DNA from: Synechococcus elongatus PCC 6301
GTDB lineage: Bacteria > Cyanobacteriota > Cyanobacteriia > Synechococcales > Synechococcaceae
DNA: 32,000 bases
NCBI RefSeq assembly: GCF_000010065.1
Contig: NC_006576.1
Coordinates: 210,001 to 242,000 of the forward strand
Reading direction: 5' to 3'
Shown here: piece after piece, positions 29,786 to 32,000 of the stretch
Layout of the letters: each line of letters begins with the position of its first letter
Numbering within the stretch: the stretch's first letter is position 1
The notes under the pieces: model-generated
What the model saw: the letters and a program-made list of their open reading frames with translations, nothing else
The model's database searches: none
What the model was told of the DNA's origin: nothing
Made by a program: the position numbers and the translations under genes

Positions 29786-30781
29786 ATGAAAGTTGCCTTC
29801 TTCAGCAGCAAAGCCTACGATCGCACCTTTTTTGAGGCAGCCAACGCTGACTATGGCCACGACCTGCAGTTCTTCGAGACGGGGCTCTCTCTAGGAACTG
29901 TTCAACTTGCTACGGGTTTCCGCGCTGTCTGTAGCTTCGTCAACGATCGCCTTGACGCCATCACCCTAGAAGCGCTGGCAGAGCTGGGCGTGGAACATGT
30001 TGCCCTGCGCTGTGCTGGGTTCAATCAGGTCGATTTAAGCGCCGCTGAACGCTTGGGCCTCAGGGTAGTGCGTGTACCGGCCTACTCGCCCCACGCCGTT
30101 GCAGAACATGCGATCGCGTTGATCCTGACGCTCAATCGCAAAATCCATCGCGCCTACGCCCGCACCCGCGAAGGCAACTTTGCCCTGGATGGTTTGGTGG
30201 GCTTTGACCTGAATGGTTGCACCGTTGGCATCATTGGCACGGGACGAATTGGGGCTGTGCTGACGCAAATTCTGCGCGGCTTTGGCTGTCATGTTCTCGC
30301 CCATGACTTGGTGGAAAATCCCGACTGTCTGGCAGCGGGGGCTGTCTACACCGACCTTGATCAGCTCTGGCAAGAGGCTCAAATCATCAGCCTGCACTGC
30401 CCGCTTACACCCCAGACCTATCACCTAGTCAATCGTGAGGCGATCGCCAAAATGCAGCCCGGCACAATGCTGATCAACACCAGTCGTGGCGGTTTAGTCG
30501 ATACCCAAGCGGTGATTGAAGGCCTAAAACTCAAGCGGATCGGGGCGCTGGGCCTAGATGTCTACGAACAAGAAGAACCGCTATTTTTCCAAGACCACTC
30601 GACAGAAATCATTCACGATGACGTCTTTCAGCGCTTGTTAACCTTCCCCAATGTCGTGATCACGGGTCATCAAGCCTTTTTGACGGATACGGCTCTCCAC
30701 AACATTGCCGAAACCACTCTCAGCAATCTGACCGATTTAGAGCAGGGTCGAGCCTGTCCCAATCAGCTGTTCGCTGGGTGA
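29786..30781 (+). CDS. D-isomer-specific 2-hydroxyacid dehydrogenase (D-lactate dehydrogenase-like)
   Basis: [23 protein letters not shown]-binding [84 protein letters not shown]. Start at 29786; the listed ORF begins at 29738. Confidence 0.93.
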   Translation: MKVAFFSSKAYDRTFFEAANADYGHDLQFFETGLSLGTVQLATGFRAVCSFVNDRLDAITLEALAELGVEHVALRCAGFNQVDLSAAERLGLRVVRVPAYSPHAVAEHAIALILTLNRKIHRAYARTREGNFALDGLVGFDLNGCTVGIIGTGRIGAVLTQILRGFGCHVLAHDLVENPDCLAAGAVYTDLDQLWQEAQIISLHCPLTPQTYHLVNREAIAKMQPGTMLINTSRGGLVDTQAVIEGLKLKRIGALGLDVYEQEEPLFFQDHSTEIIHDDVFQRLLTFPNVVITGHQAFLTDTALHNIAETTLSNLTDLEQGRACPNQLFAG

Positions 30782-30788
30782 CGCTACT

Positions 30789-30819
30789 AAAAAGCTGCCT
30801 TGCGGAAACCGAAGGCAGC
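30789..30819 (-). terminator. Rho-independent-type terminator downstream of the ndh gene cluster
   Basis: Minus-strand reading GCTGCCTTCGGTTTCCGCAAGGCAGCTTTTT: perfect 8-bp stem (30794-30801 with 30812-30819), inner CGG/CCG pairs, followed by five T on the minus strand. Lies just downstream of the ndhE stop (30875). Confidence 0.75.
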
Positions 30820-30874
30820 CATTGCTTGCAAGATTCAAGATTTAGTCAAGCTCAGACGCAGATAGGGCGATCGC

Positions 30875-31186
30875 CTACCATTTCAAAAGATTGAACTGTT
30901 CCATATCCACCGTGTTGCGGTTGCGGTAAATCGCTAGCAAGATCGCGAGACCAACCGCCGCTTCTGCCGCTGCTACCGTAATCACAAAAACCGTAAAGAC
31001 TTGGCCGCGAATCAATGTGCCATCCAGATAGTTGGAGAAGGCCATCAGGTTGAGGTTGACGGCATTCAGCATCAATTCGATCGACATCAAGACGCGAACG
31101 GCGTTGCGGCTGGTCACCAACCCATAGACACCAATACAGAACAGGGCGGCAGCCAAGACCAAAAAGTACTCGAGAGGTACAGTCAT
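30875..31186 (-). CDS. ndhE: NAD(P)H-quinone oxidoreductase subunit 4L
   Basis: 103 aa; [46 protein letters not shown]...[32 protein letters not shown]. Confidence 0.97.
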   Translation of the reverse strand: MTVPLEYFLVLAAALFCIGVYGLVTSRNAVRVLMSIELMLNAVNLNLMAFSNYLDGTLIRGQVFTVFVITVAAAEAAVGLAILLAIYRNRNTVDMEQFNLLKW

Positions 31187-31204
31187 GGGATTGTTCCTTA
31201 TCGC

Positions 31205-31810
31205 TTATTTCTTGCCAGCACCTGTCAGCAACTCTTCCCGCGATCGCTCGGGTAGCTGCAAATCTGCGGCCGCACCCGTGATCAGGTCTTCAGGTTCGAA
31301 GTCGCGGCGGGCCAAGACGATCGCCCCAATCATCGCCATCAACAGCAACACCGAAGCCAACTCAAAGGGCAGCAGGTAGTCGCTGAAGAAGTGTTCACCG
31401 ATCAGGTAAATCGCTTCATCGCCACTGGCACCAGGGGTTGGCGTCACCGCCCAAGGGGTCGAAATTACAGTCAGGCTCAGGAGGGCAAAGAGACCGCCAC
31501 AAACCAGAACCGTCAGCCCTTTGCGCAGCCAATTAAACTTGAGTGGTCGGAAGTCTTCCCGTTTGTTGACCAACATGATCGCAAACAGGATTAAGACGTT
31601 GACAGCGCCAACATAAATCAGCACTTGGGCAAAGGCCACAAAGCTGGCATTCAGCAGCAGGTAGAGACCAGCGATGCTGATGAATGCGCCTCCCAGCAAA
31701 AAGGCCGAGTAGACAATGTTGCTGCTGAGTACAACACCTAGGGCTGCCAAAACCACCCCAGCCGTCAGGATGATGAATGTAACTAGTTGAACGCCTTCGG
31801 CAAGAGTCAC
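31205..31810 (-). CDS. ndhG: NAD(P)H-quinone oxidoreductase subunit 6
   Basis: 201 aa, GTG start; AALGVVLSSNIVYSAFLLGGAFISIAGLYLLLNASFVAFAQVLIYVGAVNVLILFAIMLVNKRE. Confidence 0.96.
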   Translation of the reverse strand: MTLAEGVQLVTFIILTAGVVLAALGVVLSSNIVYSAFLLGGAFISIAGLYLLLNASFVAFAQVLIYVGAVNVLILFAIMLVNKREDFRPLKFNWLRKGLTVLVCGGLFALLSLTVISTPWAVTPTPGASGDEAIYLIGEHFFSDYLLPFELASVLLLMAMIGAIVLARRDFEPEDLITGAAADLQLPERSREELLTGAGKK

Positions 31811-31813
31811 GGT

Positions 31814-32000
31814 CTAGTTCTCCTCGTTAGCGGCAGCAGCCTGCTTGTACTGATCGACGAGTTCTTCGGGACGCTGGCCCGCCCGGGGGCGATCGCTCGG
31901 CACCACGTGGGGGTCATACTCGCCTTTGGGCAAGTAAGCGAACTCTCGGAAGGGCGTCACCATTGGATCATCGGTCACTTTGTAGGGCAGACGACCGAGG
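31814..32000 (-). CDS. ndhI: NAD(P)H-quinone oxidoreductase subunit I, C-terminal part; runs off the right edge
   Basis: Manual minus-strand translation: [61 protein letters not shown]; immediately upstream of ndhG in the usual ndhA-I-G-E order. Confidence 0.9.
   Translation of the reverse strand, partial: LGRLPYKVTDDPMVTPFREFAYLPKGEYDPHVVPSDRPRAGQRPEELVDQYKQAAAANEEN

Noticed and set aside
29900-30424. 129-aa minus-strand ORF 30035..30424
   Set aside because: Antisense shadow of the well-supported 2-hydroxyacid dehydrogenase.
1-32000. Possible CRISPR array or other regularly spaced repeat system built from the recurring palindrome GCGATCGC
   Set aside because: The copies are irregularly scattered through coding and non-coding DNA, which is the known HIP1 pattern of cyanobacterial genomes; no direct-repeat/spacer arrangement was seen.
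1-32000. Search for tRNA, rRNA, transposase, integrase and phage genes
   Set aside because: No cloverleaf-like T-loop sequences, rRNA segments or transposase/integrase motifs were noticed when reading the intergenic regions and ORF translations. A tRNAscan-SE/Infernal run would be needed to exclude small RNAs.

Overview
This 32 kb window looks like chromosomal cyanobacterial DNA of the Synechococcus elongatus PCC 7942/6301 type. That attribution is an inference from gene content and the frequent HIP1 octamer GCGATCGC, not from a database search. Most of it is ordinary housekeeping and photosynthetic gene content: metH (5' part), a CorA-like transporter, recR, an SH3-like secreted protein, cytochrome P450, menA, MarC family, HHL1-like protein, lumenal-type pentapeptide protein, LCP (LytR-CpsA-Psr) protein, a BciB/F420-hydrogenase-beta-like reductase, SWIM zinc-finger protein, a DUF3120-like membrane protein, acs, HAD hydrolase, YqiA/UPF0227-like esterase, a D-2-hydroxyacid dehydrogenase, and ndhE/ndhG/ndhI. 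The main accessory feature is a signalling block at about 14.0-22.7 kb. It encodes a giant multi-PAS/GAF hybrid membrane sensor histidine kinase, a stand-alone CheY/Rcp1-like regulator and a REC-PAS-PAS-GGDEF-EAL protein, the last three ORFs joined by ATGA overlaps. The most striking observation is that the sensor kinase coding region is cut by one in-frame TAG (15938-15940) at the start of a GAF domain. The same frame continues open for almost 1,170 more codons. I saw no CRISPR array, prophage, transposase, rRNA or tRNA.
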